In this document: positions 1 through 8,662 of the stretch, in pieces
Numbering within the stretch: the first letter of the stretch is position 1
How the letters are laid out: each line of letters begins with the position of its first letter
NCBI GenBank assembly: GCA_018056685.1
Contig: JAGPFC010000001.1
Span: forward strand, 239,924-303,923
Length of the DNA stretch: 64,000 nucleotides
Direction: 5' to 3'
Source of the DNA: Smithella sp.
Lineage (GTDB): Bacteria > Desulfobacterota > Syntrophia > Syntrophales > Smithellaceae
The notes under the pieces: model-generated
What the model saw: only the letters and a program-made list of their open reading frames with translations
Told to the model about the DNA's origin: nothing
Database searches by the model: none
Program-made: the position numbers and the translations under genes

Positions 1-4
1 AGGA

Positions 5-313
5 ATGCTGGCCAGCATTGACCGCCTGCATGACCGGGTAAACGACATGGTAAAATCACTTCTGTTCGAATCGAGCATCAAGCATTTGCGTGACACAAAA
101 GAAATCAACCTGCGCCAGTATGCCATTCTGACCCAGATTATGGAACGCGGCAAACCCATGCCGATAGACGAACTGCGCCGCGCGCCCTGGCACAAGGCTC
201 TTTATGACAAATTGGGCGACAAAACCAAACAGCGCGATTTGAGCAAACTTCGCGAGCAGAAGCTTCTGTATATTGATGAGAAGGGTCTCCTCCGCCCGGG
301 ACTAAAGATGTAG
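5..313 (+). CDS. partial CDS (3' end only; frame is open to the left window edge), winged-helix-like C-terminal segment of a larger protein
   Basis: No stop between position 2 and the first Met. The pattern INLRQ..IL..I...P..I.EL...S..T.QRDL..L...KLL resembles the C-terminal wHTH tail of Fic/DOC-type proteins, judged from memory only. Confidence 0.3.
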   Translation: MLASIDRLHDRVNDMVKSLLFESSIKHLRDTKEINLRQYAILTQIMERGKPMPIDELRRAPWHKALYDKLGDKTKQRDLSKLREQKLLYIDEKGLLRPGLKM

Positions 314-396
314 AAAAATATGTCATACCGGTCGCAGATGACCTTTAGGTTACGCAGGCCGGTATCCATTTCTTTTTTCACTATCCACCATTTAAT

Positions 397-470
397 GAGC
401 CAAGCTGAGAACGAATGAAATGAAGTTCGAAGCGTAAGGCGAATTATCCCAGGCACGTAGTGCCGTGGGA
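397..470 (+). repeat. dispersed intergenic repeat, family A (core GAAGTTYGAAGCGTAAGnnGAATTATCCC + hairpin)
   Basis: gagccaagctgagaacgaatgaaatgaagttcgaagcgtaaggcgaattatccc-aggcacgtagtgccg-tggga aligns with copies at 7330-7386(-), 33299-33432(+) and 59715-59812(-). Confidence 0.75.
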
Positions 471-495
471 CACTAGTCACAAGCCACTGCTTTTC

Positions 496-574
496 CATTC
501 ACTATTCACCATTCACGATTCCCTTCAGCCTTCAGTCTTTTTCTAACTTTTAGCATTGAACATTGAACATAGAA
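496..574. repeat. three adjacent short heptamer tandem arrays
   Basis: cattcac/tattcac/cattcac/gattc (496-521); ccttcag x2 (522-535); cattgaa/cattgaa/catagaa (554-574). Confidence 0.8.
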
Positions 575-842
575 CTTGTTTGTGCCCCCCCTCCCGAGGG
601 GTATCATAATCCCTCTGAATACTTGAAGTTTTTTCTTGAATTATCACTAAAAAGGGAGTTATAAATTTCCGTCCCACATTTTTTAAAATGTAGAGGGTGC
701 CGATGGCGCCTTTGGTTCTGCATGTTTCACTGAAATAGATTTATAGTATTTAGAAAGTAGTATGGTGTCCCATGATTTTCGGACGCTTCTAACAGTTTGA
801 TACATTTACGCAAAATTACATTTAAAAGTATGGAGGTCTGAA

Positions 843-3626
843 ATGCTTCGCACTGACTTTTTGGAATTGGTTAATTCTGGTGACATGTGGGCATTTATAG
901 GAAGTGGTGCTTCGATTGATGCGGGTGGTCCATCTTGGCCATCACTACTTACAAAAGTAATGTCATGTCTTGATATTAATCATAGAAGAAAAATTGAAAA
1001 AGATGGTATTTTTTCTTCTTCTCTAAAGAGCAAGAACTTCCCAAAATGTTTTTCAAGAATTGAACATTATTGTGGAAGAAGTTTTTTAGAGGATAACGTA
1101 AATAGATGTATGAGCAAAATTAACACGCCTGGTAAAATGACACAATTGCTTTCTTCGTGGCCGTTTAAGGGTTACATAACAACTAACTACGACATGTTAA
1201 TAGAAAAAGCTTTGCAGAATGCAAGTGAATTGGGTTGGAGTGTTGTTGGGAATTCTGAGAAAGAAATACGGCAAATAAGTGGAAATGTTTCTAATGTAGT
1301 ATGGCATGTCCATGGTTGTTCAACGATGCCTTCTGATCAGTCTCGGCTTGTATTAACTGAGGAAGATTATGATTATTTCTATTTAGAGGGATCGCCCGTT
1401 ATTCAACAACTAAAATCATTAATGAGTCAATCACGTATTGTTTTTTTAGGTTTTGGTTTTGAAGATCAAGAAATATTAAGACTTCTCAAAATCATCGGTA
1501 AATTAACAGATCCAGCACGACCTATTTTTGCTTTTCTCCACGGTATTTCTGAGAGTAAAGATGATAGCAAAAGAAGTGAATTGCTGCAGATATATAACGT
1601 CGATTTAATTCCTTATAGAAAGGTTGATGAATCACATGGGCGATTGCAAGAGATTCTAGACTTTTATAATTCTTTTATAATCCGAAGATCGCTCAAATTT
1701 GGTCAACCTGAACGTAGTTGCCCTTCATATGATCCTGAAGCAACCGGTCTTCTTATATATAATGAGCTATGCTTAAAAAGTCAGTCAGATATAAGTGATA
1801 AAGTATTAGAAGTACTTTTAAATTCGAGAATTCTTGCACTTCTTTCGACGCAAGACTCTGTGTTAATTAAAACCTTAATTGAAGATCTATATGAAAGAGT
1901 GAGTATTGTAAAAGGTAGTGTAAACCAAGAATTGTTAGCAAAAATTATAGAAGATGCGATAGACAAACTTATAAACATAGAAGTGCCTTTGATCCAAAAA
2001 GATACGGAAAATAGAGCTATTCATTTATCCATCACAGGAAAAGAATTAGTTAAACAACATACCGCCACTGCAAAAAGATTGTTTGAGCAATTCTCTTCAT
2101 CATTATCTACTAGAGCGATAACTTTGTCTCAAAATAATTCAGCTGCATCAAATCGCATTGCAAAAGCGGCTGAATGTTTTTTTAAGGATTGTATAGATAG
2201 GAGATCACTCGGTGTGGCAATGTTACGAAGTGCAACAAAAAGTGATTTTCATTCATTTCATATGACAGCCTTGATGCAATCTTTACCTGACTTTATGAAA
2301 CAACTGAATAATCAGCAGGAAGCAATTATTTTATGTAGATTGGTTCAAGGAGTTTTATCTTCGCCTAGCGCGGCTGAAGAAAAATATATTGGTTTATGTT
2401 TGCAAGCACGATTTGGTATTCATCTATTGGGTTATGATGAGGATACTTTAAAAACTAGGGTAAATGAGCTTAGAAATACATTATTTTTGATAGATTCGAC
2501 TACTATTATACCCTTTTTGGCAATTTCAAGCATAGGTAATAATGCGGCGCGAAAACTTATTGATAGTTTAAAATCTATGAATTCTTCAATTGTCTCAACA
2601 GACCTATTGGCCGAGGAAGCAGCAGAACATGCTAGATATGCATTTAGAAAAGTCGAAAAAGATAAAAATAAGCCATTATTGGAAACAATGAAGGCTTTAA
2701 CTGGAAGAGCAGGGGAACGATCAAACGCTTTTTTAGAAGGTTTTATTAGTGAAGTTGTTAAAGGTAATGTTTCTGATTTTTCTACATACCTTTCTCATGT
2801 GTGTTCCTTCCCCGTGCGAACAACATGTTCAAATGAGGATATACAGCAAGTACTTTTAAAAGAAAAAATAAATTGTTATTCTTTAGATATGTGGGAAGGG
2901 TTTGACAAAATTATGTTTTATGAGCGAGATGAACGTCAATCCGAAATAGCAAAATTAAGAATTGAAAGAAAGACATATAAGCATGAAAGACAAGTTAAGG
3001 CAGAAGCAGAAGCTTTGATAACAATACGACATCTAAGAAATGGAACTTTTAAGATATCTGGCCAACCAGTTGTGAATGCTTTTTTTATATCACATACAAG
3101 AATAATAGATGAATTGTCGGGTTATGGAGCACATATAACTATGCGGCCGGAAGGCGTATTACAGTGGCTTTCAACAATTAATACTTCTTCTGTCGATGAG
3201 CTAAATATATTGACATCCAATTTATTAGCTGAATTGGCAGAATATAGTCTTGATATCATAGATAAATCAAAATTACACATAGCCTTTTCACCTTTAATAG
3301 ATGCATCAAAAGAAAAACTTGATGAAGAAATAGAAAAGCATAGATTGTTAATATCCGAAAAATATGGTGAACAAGGCGTCAAGGCGTTTAGTGACGTTAA
3401 TGAACTCAGTGTTCCTATAGTTCTTCAGAGCTACTATGCCCAGAAGGCTGCAGATTTGGAAGTGAAATTATTGGAGGCAAAAACCGCTGAAAAACATGCA
3501 AAGATAAGTCAAAAGGAACGAAAAGAATTTGAGCAATTAAAAGAAGAAAAGAGACAGCGACAGCAAAAGACAAAAAAGAAAGAAAGAAGAATCGCTAGTC
3601 GAGTAAGGAAGAAACATAAAAAATGA
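843..3626 (+). CDS. SIR2_2-family (defence-associated sirtuin, DSR-like) protein, 927 aa, with a long non-SIR2 C-terminal region
   Basis: N-terminal motifs: FIGSGASIDAGGPSW (aa 18-32), YITTNYDMLIE (111-121, Asn115), VWHVHGC (153-159), LVLTEEDY, VFLGFGFEDQE (200-210). GGAGG RBS lies 7 nt before the ATG. The gene is AT-rich. Confidence 0.75.
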   Translation: MLRTDFLELVNSGDMWAFIGSGASIDAGGPSWPSLLTKVMSCLDINHRRKIEKDGIFSSSLKSKNFPKCFSRIEHYCGRSFLEDNVNRCMSKINTPGKMTQLLSSWPFKGYITTNYDMLIEKALQNASELGWSVVGNSEKEIRQISGNVSNVVWHVHGCSTMPSDQSRLVLTEEDYDYFYLEGSPVIQQLKSLMSQSRIVFLGFGFEDQEILRLLKIIGKLTDPARPIFAFLHGISESKDDSKRSELLQIYNVDLIPYRKVDESHGRLQEILDFYNSFIIRRSLKFGQPERSCPSYDPEATGLLIYNELCLKSQSDISDKVLEVLLNSRILALLSTQDSVLIKTLIEDLYERVSIVKGSVNQELLAKIIEDAIDKLINIEVPLIQKDTENRAIHLSITGKELVKQHTATAKRLFEQFSSSLSTRAITLSQNNSAASNRIAKAAECFFKDCIDRRSLGVAMLRSATKSDFHSFHMTALMQSLPDFMKQLNNQQEAIILCRLVQGVLSSPSAAEEKYIGLCLQARFGIHLLGYDEDTLKTRVNELRNTLFLIDSTTIIPFLAISSIGNNAARKLIDSLKSMNSSIVSTDLLAEEAAEHARYAFRKVEKDKNKPLLETMKALTGRAGERSNAFLEGFISEVVKGNVSDFSTYLSHVCSFPVRTTCSNEDIQQVLLKEKINCYSLDMWEGFDKIMFYERDERQSEIAKLRIERKTYKHERQVKAEAEALITIRHLRNGTFKISGQPVVNAFFISHTRIIDELSGYGAHITMRPEGVLQWLSTINTSSVDELNILTSNLLAELAEYSLDIIDKSKLHIAFSPLIDASKEKLDEEIEKHRLLISEKYGEQGVKAFSDVNELSVPIVLQSYYAQKAADLEVKLLEAKTAEKHAKISQKERKEFEQLKEEKRQRQQKTKKKERRIASRVRKKHKK

Positions 3627-3651
3627 GCATATTGAATAAATCCGTCGGAAA

Positions 3652-3690
3652 TTCTTATGCTGTTTCAATCGTCCTTCGATTGCATAAGAA
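3652..3690 (+). terminator. 9-bp stem hairpin downstream of the SIR2 gene (weak terminator candidate, no T-run)
   Basis: ttcttatgc (3652-3660) pairs with gcataagaa (3682-3690). Confidence 0.35.
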
Positions 3691-3699
3691 AAGGGTCAA

Positions 3700-3737
3700 G
3701 TCTTGGACCGGAATTATTTAAAGGGTTACAAGTAGAC
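3700..3737 (+). repeat. 38-bp direct repeat, copy 1
   Basis: gtcttggaccggaattatttaaagggttacaagtagac matches 5161-5198 at 36/38 positions. Confidence 0.9.
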
Positions 3738-3899
3738 GCCATTACACTTTGATTTGTCTGTACACAATGTCCCTGAGTACAAAAATATAACTGAGTTAAA
3801 GAGGTTACTAATTAATAGATTTGAAGCCATTACTGGAAAGAAAATAAAACATGAGTCATGGAACCGATTCTATTGATTTTAAGCTATTGAAGAGGAATA

Positions 3900-4304
3900 A
3901 TGGCAAATTCAATAACACCTTATCTTGAAGCATTAAAGTTTTTAAAAGACTGGAGTACCATTCTTCTAACTCTCCAGACCGTGATTTTTATTTTTCTCAC
4001 ATGTATATATCTCTTCTTTGAGAATGAAAAACTAAAAAGAGTGCGGTCTTGGCTGATTGCGGCATTAACCTTTTCAGTACTGTCAATATTAATTGCGTTG
4101 AATGTGATAGGAACAATTCCATGGTCCATTCAGAACTTGTCCAACCTAGAGTCTCAATATCATAACATTTACCAATTCCCGAATTATATAGGGATACCAA
4201 TCTGGGTACTGGCATTTAGCCAACATATTTGCTTTATCTTTGCTATAATTTGTTTCATGATTTTAATTTACAAATTTCCAAGAGGCGCTGTAAAGACAGA
4301 ATAA
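3900..4304 (+). CDS. small multi-pass membrane protein (134 aa), unknown family
   Basis: Three or four hydrophobic helices (TILLTLQTVIFIFLTCIYLFF, LIAALTFSVLSILIALNVIG, IPIWVLAFSQHICFIFAIICFMILIY). GAGGA RBS. Co-oriented with and downstream of the SIR2 gene. Confidence 0.55.
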   Translation: MANSITPYLEALKFLKDWSTILLTLQTVIFIFLTCIYLFFENEKLKRVRSWLIAALTFSVLSILIALNVIGTIPWSIQNLSNLESQYHNIYQFPNYIGIPIWVLAFSQHICFIFAIICFMILIYKFPRGAVKTE

Positions 4305-4366
4305 ATTCGACAATGACGGAAACATTAAGGTGCTGAATTTTCTGTTCAGGAAGGAGTGTTTTAGTT

Positions 4367-5110
4367 ATGGATGAGAGCAAGATTATGGTACAAGAATACA
4401 ACAACTTATGGAACGAAAAATTAATACACAAGCAAAACATAAGGAAATTTCACAATTATCTGACATACTTTACAGCAATTGGTTCTTTGGCATTAACTTT
4501 TCATGGAGTATCTGCGCCAGATTTATTTAAAGCCAGCATTGACTCTTCTACTGCAAACAATATAGCCAATAAGATACCTGAGATTGTTAATATCTTCTTA
4601 ATACTTTTAACACCCATTCTAATTATGACACTTACATTTCCAATAAATGACATTTTCCATACCTATGCTATTGGTAATCAAATTGGACAAATTGAATGCA
4701 AAATAAACTCTATATTAGAAAATGATATATTGTTGTTATGGGAGCATTCAATATGTCCTGCTGTATATGGTGGAGAAAAAGTATTTGAATCAGATAAGCC
4801 GATAACAAACGTTATATCGTTTGGTGATTATACTTTGCTATTACCAACACTATATATGGTAATAGTTTTTAGTACATATATTTCAGTAAAATACCTATGC
4901 GAGAAATCGTTTTTTTTCTCTATTTCATATTCCATTCTTGTAATATACATGATAGGCGCATTATTATTTCTTGGTTCCAGACTCAAAGACTGTACTAGTC
5001 CTAATAGTCTTTTAAACAAAGTCATCTCATATAAGAATCGTATAGGAAACAAAAAGTTATCTGTACCGCCAAGTGCCAATGGAAAGAAAAAACATAGCAC
5101 AAAGAAATAA
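4367..5110 (+). CDS. membrane protein (247 aa): charged N-terminal helix, about 4 TM segments, Lys-rich tail; unknown family
   Basis: Hydrophobic segments are YLTYFTAIGSLALTF, IVNIFLILLTPILIMTLTF, YTLLLPTLYMVIVFSTYI and FFFSISYSILVIYMIGALLFLG. AGGAAGGAG lies upstream. The gap to the previous ORF is 62 bp. Confidence 0.55.
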   Translation: MDESKIMVQEYNNLWNEKLIHKQNIRKFHNYLTYFTAIGSLALTFHGVSAPDLFKASIDSSTANNIANKIPEIVNIFLILLTPILIMTLTFPINDIFHTYAIGNQIGQIECKINSILENDILLLWEHSICPAVYGGEKVFESDKPITNVISFGDYTLLLPTLYMVIVFSTYISVKYLCEKSFFFSISYSILVIYMIGALLFLGSRLKDCTSPNSLLNKVISYKNRIGNKKLSVPPSANGKKKHSTKK

Positions 5111-5160
5111 TCTTAATGAAATTAGTGAAAAACTGGAACAGCGCCCCCTATTTTTATTAC

Positions 5161-5198
5161 GTCTTGAACCGAAATTATTTAAAGGGTTACAAGTAGAC
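5161..5198 (+). repeat. 38-bp direct repeat, copy 2
   Basis: gtcttgaaccgaaattatttaaagggttacaagtagac. It lies at the point where base composition returns to the flank level. Confidence 0.9.
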
Positions 5199-5230
5199 TC
5201 CATCGATAAATCTCAAAACAGGAGATTTAT

Positions 5231-6373
5231 ATGTTCATAAAAAACTTGTTTGTAACACTTTGCTTTTTCACCCGTCTTACTGAAGCAGCTGCTCATCTGC
5301 TGAGCGTAAGATTTTTCCTTCCCCAGCTTTTCAGGCTCCGGTATGCAAACATGGGTGGGATAGATCCCGATTTATTTACCCAACAACTGGAGGGCTGTAG
5401 ATCATTCAAGGAAGCGGCGTGGTGCGGATACTGGAATGCGATTGCACAGGACTATGAATCAAAGGCTGAGGAGCTTATAAAACAAAAAGGAAATACCGCT
5501 CCTGATGAAGTCCGCTCTCTAATTCAGAAAGCAACCACCTACTACGCCGTCAGCGCATTCCCCGGCACCTCTCCCCTGAGAATGCAGGCATACGACAAGG
5601 CCAGGGAGTTCTCCACGCGCCATATCCGCCTGTTCGATGACGGGGTGGAAAAGCTGACTCTAAAGCTGGGCGACGAAACCGTTGAGGGGTTCTATCGATT
5701 TCCCGCGGGCGATGTAAAAGTGCCCATGGTCATTGTTACCAACGGCCTTGAGGGAACGCTGCAGGAGATTCTGTTCCCGCTTATGAAATACCGGGATTCC
5801 AACATAGGACTGTTTGTCATGGAGATGCCGGGAACCTATGCATATAAAAATCCGATGTCGGCGGCTTCAGAAGCCATTTACAGCGGAGTCATCAGTCATT
5901 TCGCGCGCCATCCGCGCGTCGATGAAAAGCGAATCGCAATGGTGGGCGTAAGCTTCGGGGCATACTGGTCTGCGAGGATGGCGGCGGTAGACCCGCGGCT
6001 CTCATGCGCAGTGGTGTGCGGGGCTCCCCTGCATTATGCCTTCGGCGCTGCGGGCTTTTTGGGAAAACCTGCGATCATCGCGTCTGTTTTAATGAAGGTC
6101 GTCGGTGTTAAATACCTCCACTCCCTGGACAGAAAGTTGAGCGATCTGTCATTTGAGAAGAACGACCTGTATCGGCGTATAAGCTGTCCCCTGCTTGTCA
6201 TAAACGGCGATAACGATACCCTGCTCGGCACAAAGGATTCCGAAGTGCTGGCCATGAAGGCGACTAAAGGATTTTTGAAGCTCTATGAAAATGACGACCA
6301 TTGCGCGATGGGACATTATAACGAGTGGCTTGACCTCTCCTTTGAATGGCTGCATATGCAATTCAATAAATGA
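5231..6373 (+). CDS. alpha/beta hydrolase, FrsA-like (DUF1100-type esterase)
   Basis: Nucleophile elbow MVGVSFGAYW, later INGDNDT and DDHCAMGH (Asp/His candidates). AGGAG RBS lies 7 nt upstream. Confidence 0.6.
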   Translation: MFIKNLFVTLCFFTRLTEAAAHLLSVRFFLPQLFRLRYANMGGIDPDLFTQQLEGCRSFKEAAWCGYWNAIAQDYESKAEELIKQKGNTAPDEVRSLIQKATTYYAVSAFPGTSPLRMQAYDKAREFSTRHIRLFDDGVEKLTLKLGDETVEGFYRFPAGDVKVPMVIVTNGLEGTLQEILFPLMKYRDSNIGLFVMEMPGTYAYKNPMSAASEAIYSGVISHFARHPRVDEKRIAMVGVSFGAYWSARMAAVDPRLSCAVVCGAPLHYAFGAAGFLGKPAIIASVLMKVVGVKYLHSLDRKLSDLSFEKNDLYRRISCPLLVINGDNDTLLGTKDSEVLAMKATKGFLKLYENDDHCAMGHYNEWLDLSFEWLHMQFNK

Positions 6374-6601
6374 GATACTGTCGAATGACCAAATTTAAAA
6401 CGACATTAGTAGGAAATTAAGTACAGCACCCTATTTATCTTTTAAGGTATTCATCCCGCTCGGCTGCGCTTGACAGAAAAGAAGACCTTCCTTATACTGC
6501 TTATAGCTTAAATCAAGTTCTTGCCAATTGCTATCAACCGATCAGGCGTGCCTGTTATTCGCTGTCAGCGGTAGCCGTGATCCATTAAAGGAGGAATGCT
6601 C

Positions 6602-7099
6602 ATGAAGAAAATTTTGTGTTTGTGTCTGCTGTTGTCTTTGATCGTCGCCTGCTCATCCGAAAAGGATGCCAAGCCCAATTCCCCGGCCGCTCCTGCACCG
6701 CAAACTGCCGCAGCGCCCGAAGCTATTACCACTTTGACGGGAGACTATGTTTTGACGCAATCCGATTCCGTGAAAATGAAAAATACAAATCCGGAATTAA
6801 CGTGCACGACTACACATACGTTTAAGCTGTCATTTATCACTAACAATTCGGTGCATTACACGGCAAAATCAGAGCAAACAATCGATCCGCCCACGGAAGG
6901 TGTCATGTGTATGGCGAAACTGTATAATGCCGATGAGATTGGCACCTATAACATAAAAGACGGTCGCGTTGTGGAAATACGCTTTTCTCCATCGGACAAG
7001 AAAATTCCCTGGGTCGAGAAAGGCTATCTGCCTTTGAAGATGGATAACATTAATGAGTTGGAGATAATGTACAATGGCGCCAAATTTGTAAAGCAGTAA
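6602..7099 (+). CDS. hypothetical lipoprotein
   Basis: Signal peptide with lipobox MKKILCLCLLLSLIVAC|SS. AAAGGAGG lies 7 nt before the ATG at 6602; the ORF track starts at 6596. Confidence 0.6.
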   Translation: MKKILCLCLLLSLIVACSSEKDAKPNSPAAPAPQTAAAPEAITTLTGDYVLTQSDSVKMKNTNPELTCTTTHTFKLSFITNNSVHYTAKSEQTIDPPTEGVMCMAKLYNADEIGTYNIKDGRVVEIRFSPSDKKIPWVEKGYLPLKMDNINELEIMYNGAKFVKQ

Positions 7100-7100
7100 A

Positions 7101-7172
7101 AATGAAAGATTTCTCGCTTCGCTTCGAAATGACAAGAAAGAAATTATAACACAGACTCTGCGCGGAAATGAC
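7101..7172 (+). repeat. dispersed intergenic repeat, family B, copy 1
   Basis: aatgaaagatttctcgcttcgcttcgaaatgacaagaaagaaattataacacagactctgcgcggaaatgac is nearly identical to 10864-10935. Confidence 0.85.
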
Positions 7173-7209
7173 CAGTGGAGAATATGTTTCCGGTTTGTTA
7201 ACGGTGATG
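7167..7209 (+). pseudogene. higB: relic of a higB-type toxin gene (3' end only)
   Basis: aatgaccagtggagaatatgtttccggtttgttaacggtgatg matches the intact higB at 10353-10395 at 42/43 positions (encodes NDQWRICFRFVN). No 5' part is present. Confidence 0.75.
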
Positions 7210-7217
7210 TCGAATTC

Positions 7218-7272
7218 GGGGGACAGTATACTTAATTACCTTAGCGAGAGTCATTGTCTCACGTCGCTTCGC
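7218..7272 (+). repeat. dispersed repeat, family C (GGGGGACAGTATACTTAAT...), copy 1
   Basis: The first 19 nt are identical to 9773-9791, followed by a similar ...gtcattgtc..acgtcg.. stretch. Confidence 0.7.
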
Positions 7273-7329
7273 TCCCGGAGTAAGTGAGACTAAGATTTTT
7301 GCTGCGCTTGCAACTTCATACATAAAGGA

Positions 7330-7386
7330 GTTCACTATCCCCATCCACTGCGTTGCGGGGATAATTCGACTAACTCTTCAAACTTC
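7330..7386 (-). repeat. family A repeat copy
   Basis: The minus strand reads gaagtttgaagagttagtcgaattatcccc-gcaacgcagtggat-ggggata, the same core plus a 7-bp stem hairpin. Confidence 0.7.
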
Positions 7387-7410
7387 GTCTCAATTTAATG
7401 AGACTCGTTT

Positions 7411-8394
7411 TCAGAGAGTCTCATTAAATACCTTATCCACGACATCGATATAATTATCCCGGTGATGGGTTTTATTTATTTTCTTTCGTATTTTGTCTCC
7501 GTTTTCAAAAAAGTCGCCCATGAAAGTCCAGATTTCTTTCATTTTGTTGGTAATATGCGAGGGTCCGGACAACACTTTCAAATATTCATCGAATAAATGA
7601 TCATGGAAAGCCCTGATGATTTTTATTTTTTCAGTATAAGGCTTTTCCGTATGGAATTTAATTTTTTCCGCGAGGAAGGGATTTGCAATCAGGCTTCTGC
7701 CGATCATCCATCGCTTGATTGATCCGAACCGATGAGAAAGCATCTCATATTTCTCAAAAGAATTGATGTCGCCGTTATAGACAACCGTGTGTTTCGAGAG
7801 ATGAAGGCACTGCTCGAACATATCGAGGTCAACTTCGCCTTCATACATTTGCTCACCGGTTCTCGGATGGATGATCAGTTCCTCGATCTGAAACCGGTTG
7901 AAAATGGGAATGAGCTGCAGCACCTCGTCAGGATATTTTAATCCTATCCTGAGCTTGATCGATAATTTCGGTTTTAGGGCAGGCATGGTTTTTTCAAGGA
8001 AAGATTCGATCCTGTCCGGATAACAAAGCATCCCCGCGCCCCTGCCCTTCTTCACAACCATACCGAACGGACAGCCGATGTTCCAGTTCACGGTGCCGTG
8101 TCCGATGTCGTATAGCGCGTTGGCAAGCTTGGTGAAGTCATCCGGGTTGGAACTCATGATCTGCGGTATCGTGGGAATACCGGTATTTTGATCAGGGTAA
8201 TGTTCGCGCAGAAGGTGACTCATCGATTTCATTTTCTTCGTCGCGGAGAGAAATGGCGCAATGGCCATATCAACGCCCTTGAAATAAACAGGGAACAGGT
8301 TGCGGTAAATCCTGTCGGTTACCCCCTGGAGGGGTGCAAGGTAGATCATGGGTGATTTCCAAACCCTTTGTCCTTTGGCTGTCGGCAACTTCAC
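7411..8394 (-). CDS. tRNA-dihydrouridine synthase family protein
   Basis: MIYLAPLQGVTDRIYRNLF start, NIGCP motif and TIM-barrel Dus pattern. The last codons form a 10-bp stem hairpin (7397-7425). Confidence 0.75.
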   Translation of the reverse strand: MKLPTAKGQRVWKSPMIYLAPLQGVTDRIYRNLFPVYFKGVDMAIAPFLSATKKMKSMSHLLREHYPDQNTGIPTIPQIMSSNPDDFTKLANALYDIGHGTVNWNIGCPFGMVVKKGRGAGMLCYPDRIESFLEKTMPALKPKLSIKLRIGLKYPDEVLQLIPIFNRFQIEELIIHPRTGEQMYEGEVDLDMFEQCLHLSKHTVVYNGDINSFEKYEMLSHRFGSIKRWMIGRSLIANPFLAEKIKFHTEKPYTEKIKIIRAFHDHLFDEYLKVLSGPSHITNKMKEIWTFMGDFFENGDKIRKKINKTHHRDNYIDVVDKVFNETL

Positions 8395-8662
8395 AGGGAT
8401 TGCTTCTTCCTGATAGCAGCGGGTTTGTCAAGAATAATCGTTGATAGGCAGATTAACGAACAATGTCGGCAAGAGAATTTAACCCGTTCAGGATGCAATT
8501 TTCCCTTGAATTTCCATTCTAATAAGCATATTCAAAAACCATGGATTCTCTTGTCCCCTTGTTAACCCATCAATCTTACCCTCAACGTGGTCATCGTGTC
8601 GTTAAAATAATTTTTCGGAATTTGACAAAAGATAATTTGAGATGAAAAGGAGTAACGCTACA

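Noticed and set aside
496-574. Tandem repeats considered as a possible CRISPR array.
   Set aside because: The units are only 7 bp, have no spacers, and no cas genes are present. No CRISPR array is visible anywhere in the window.
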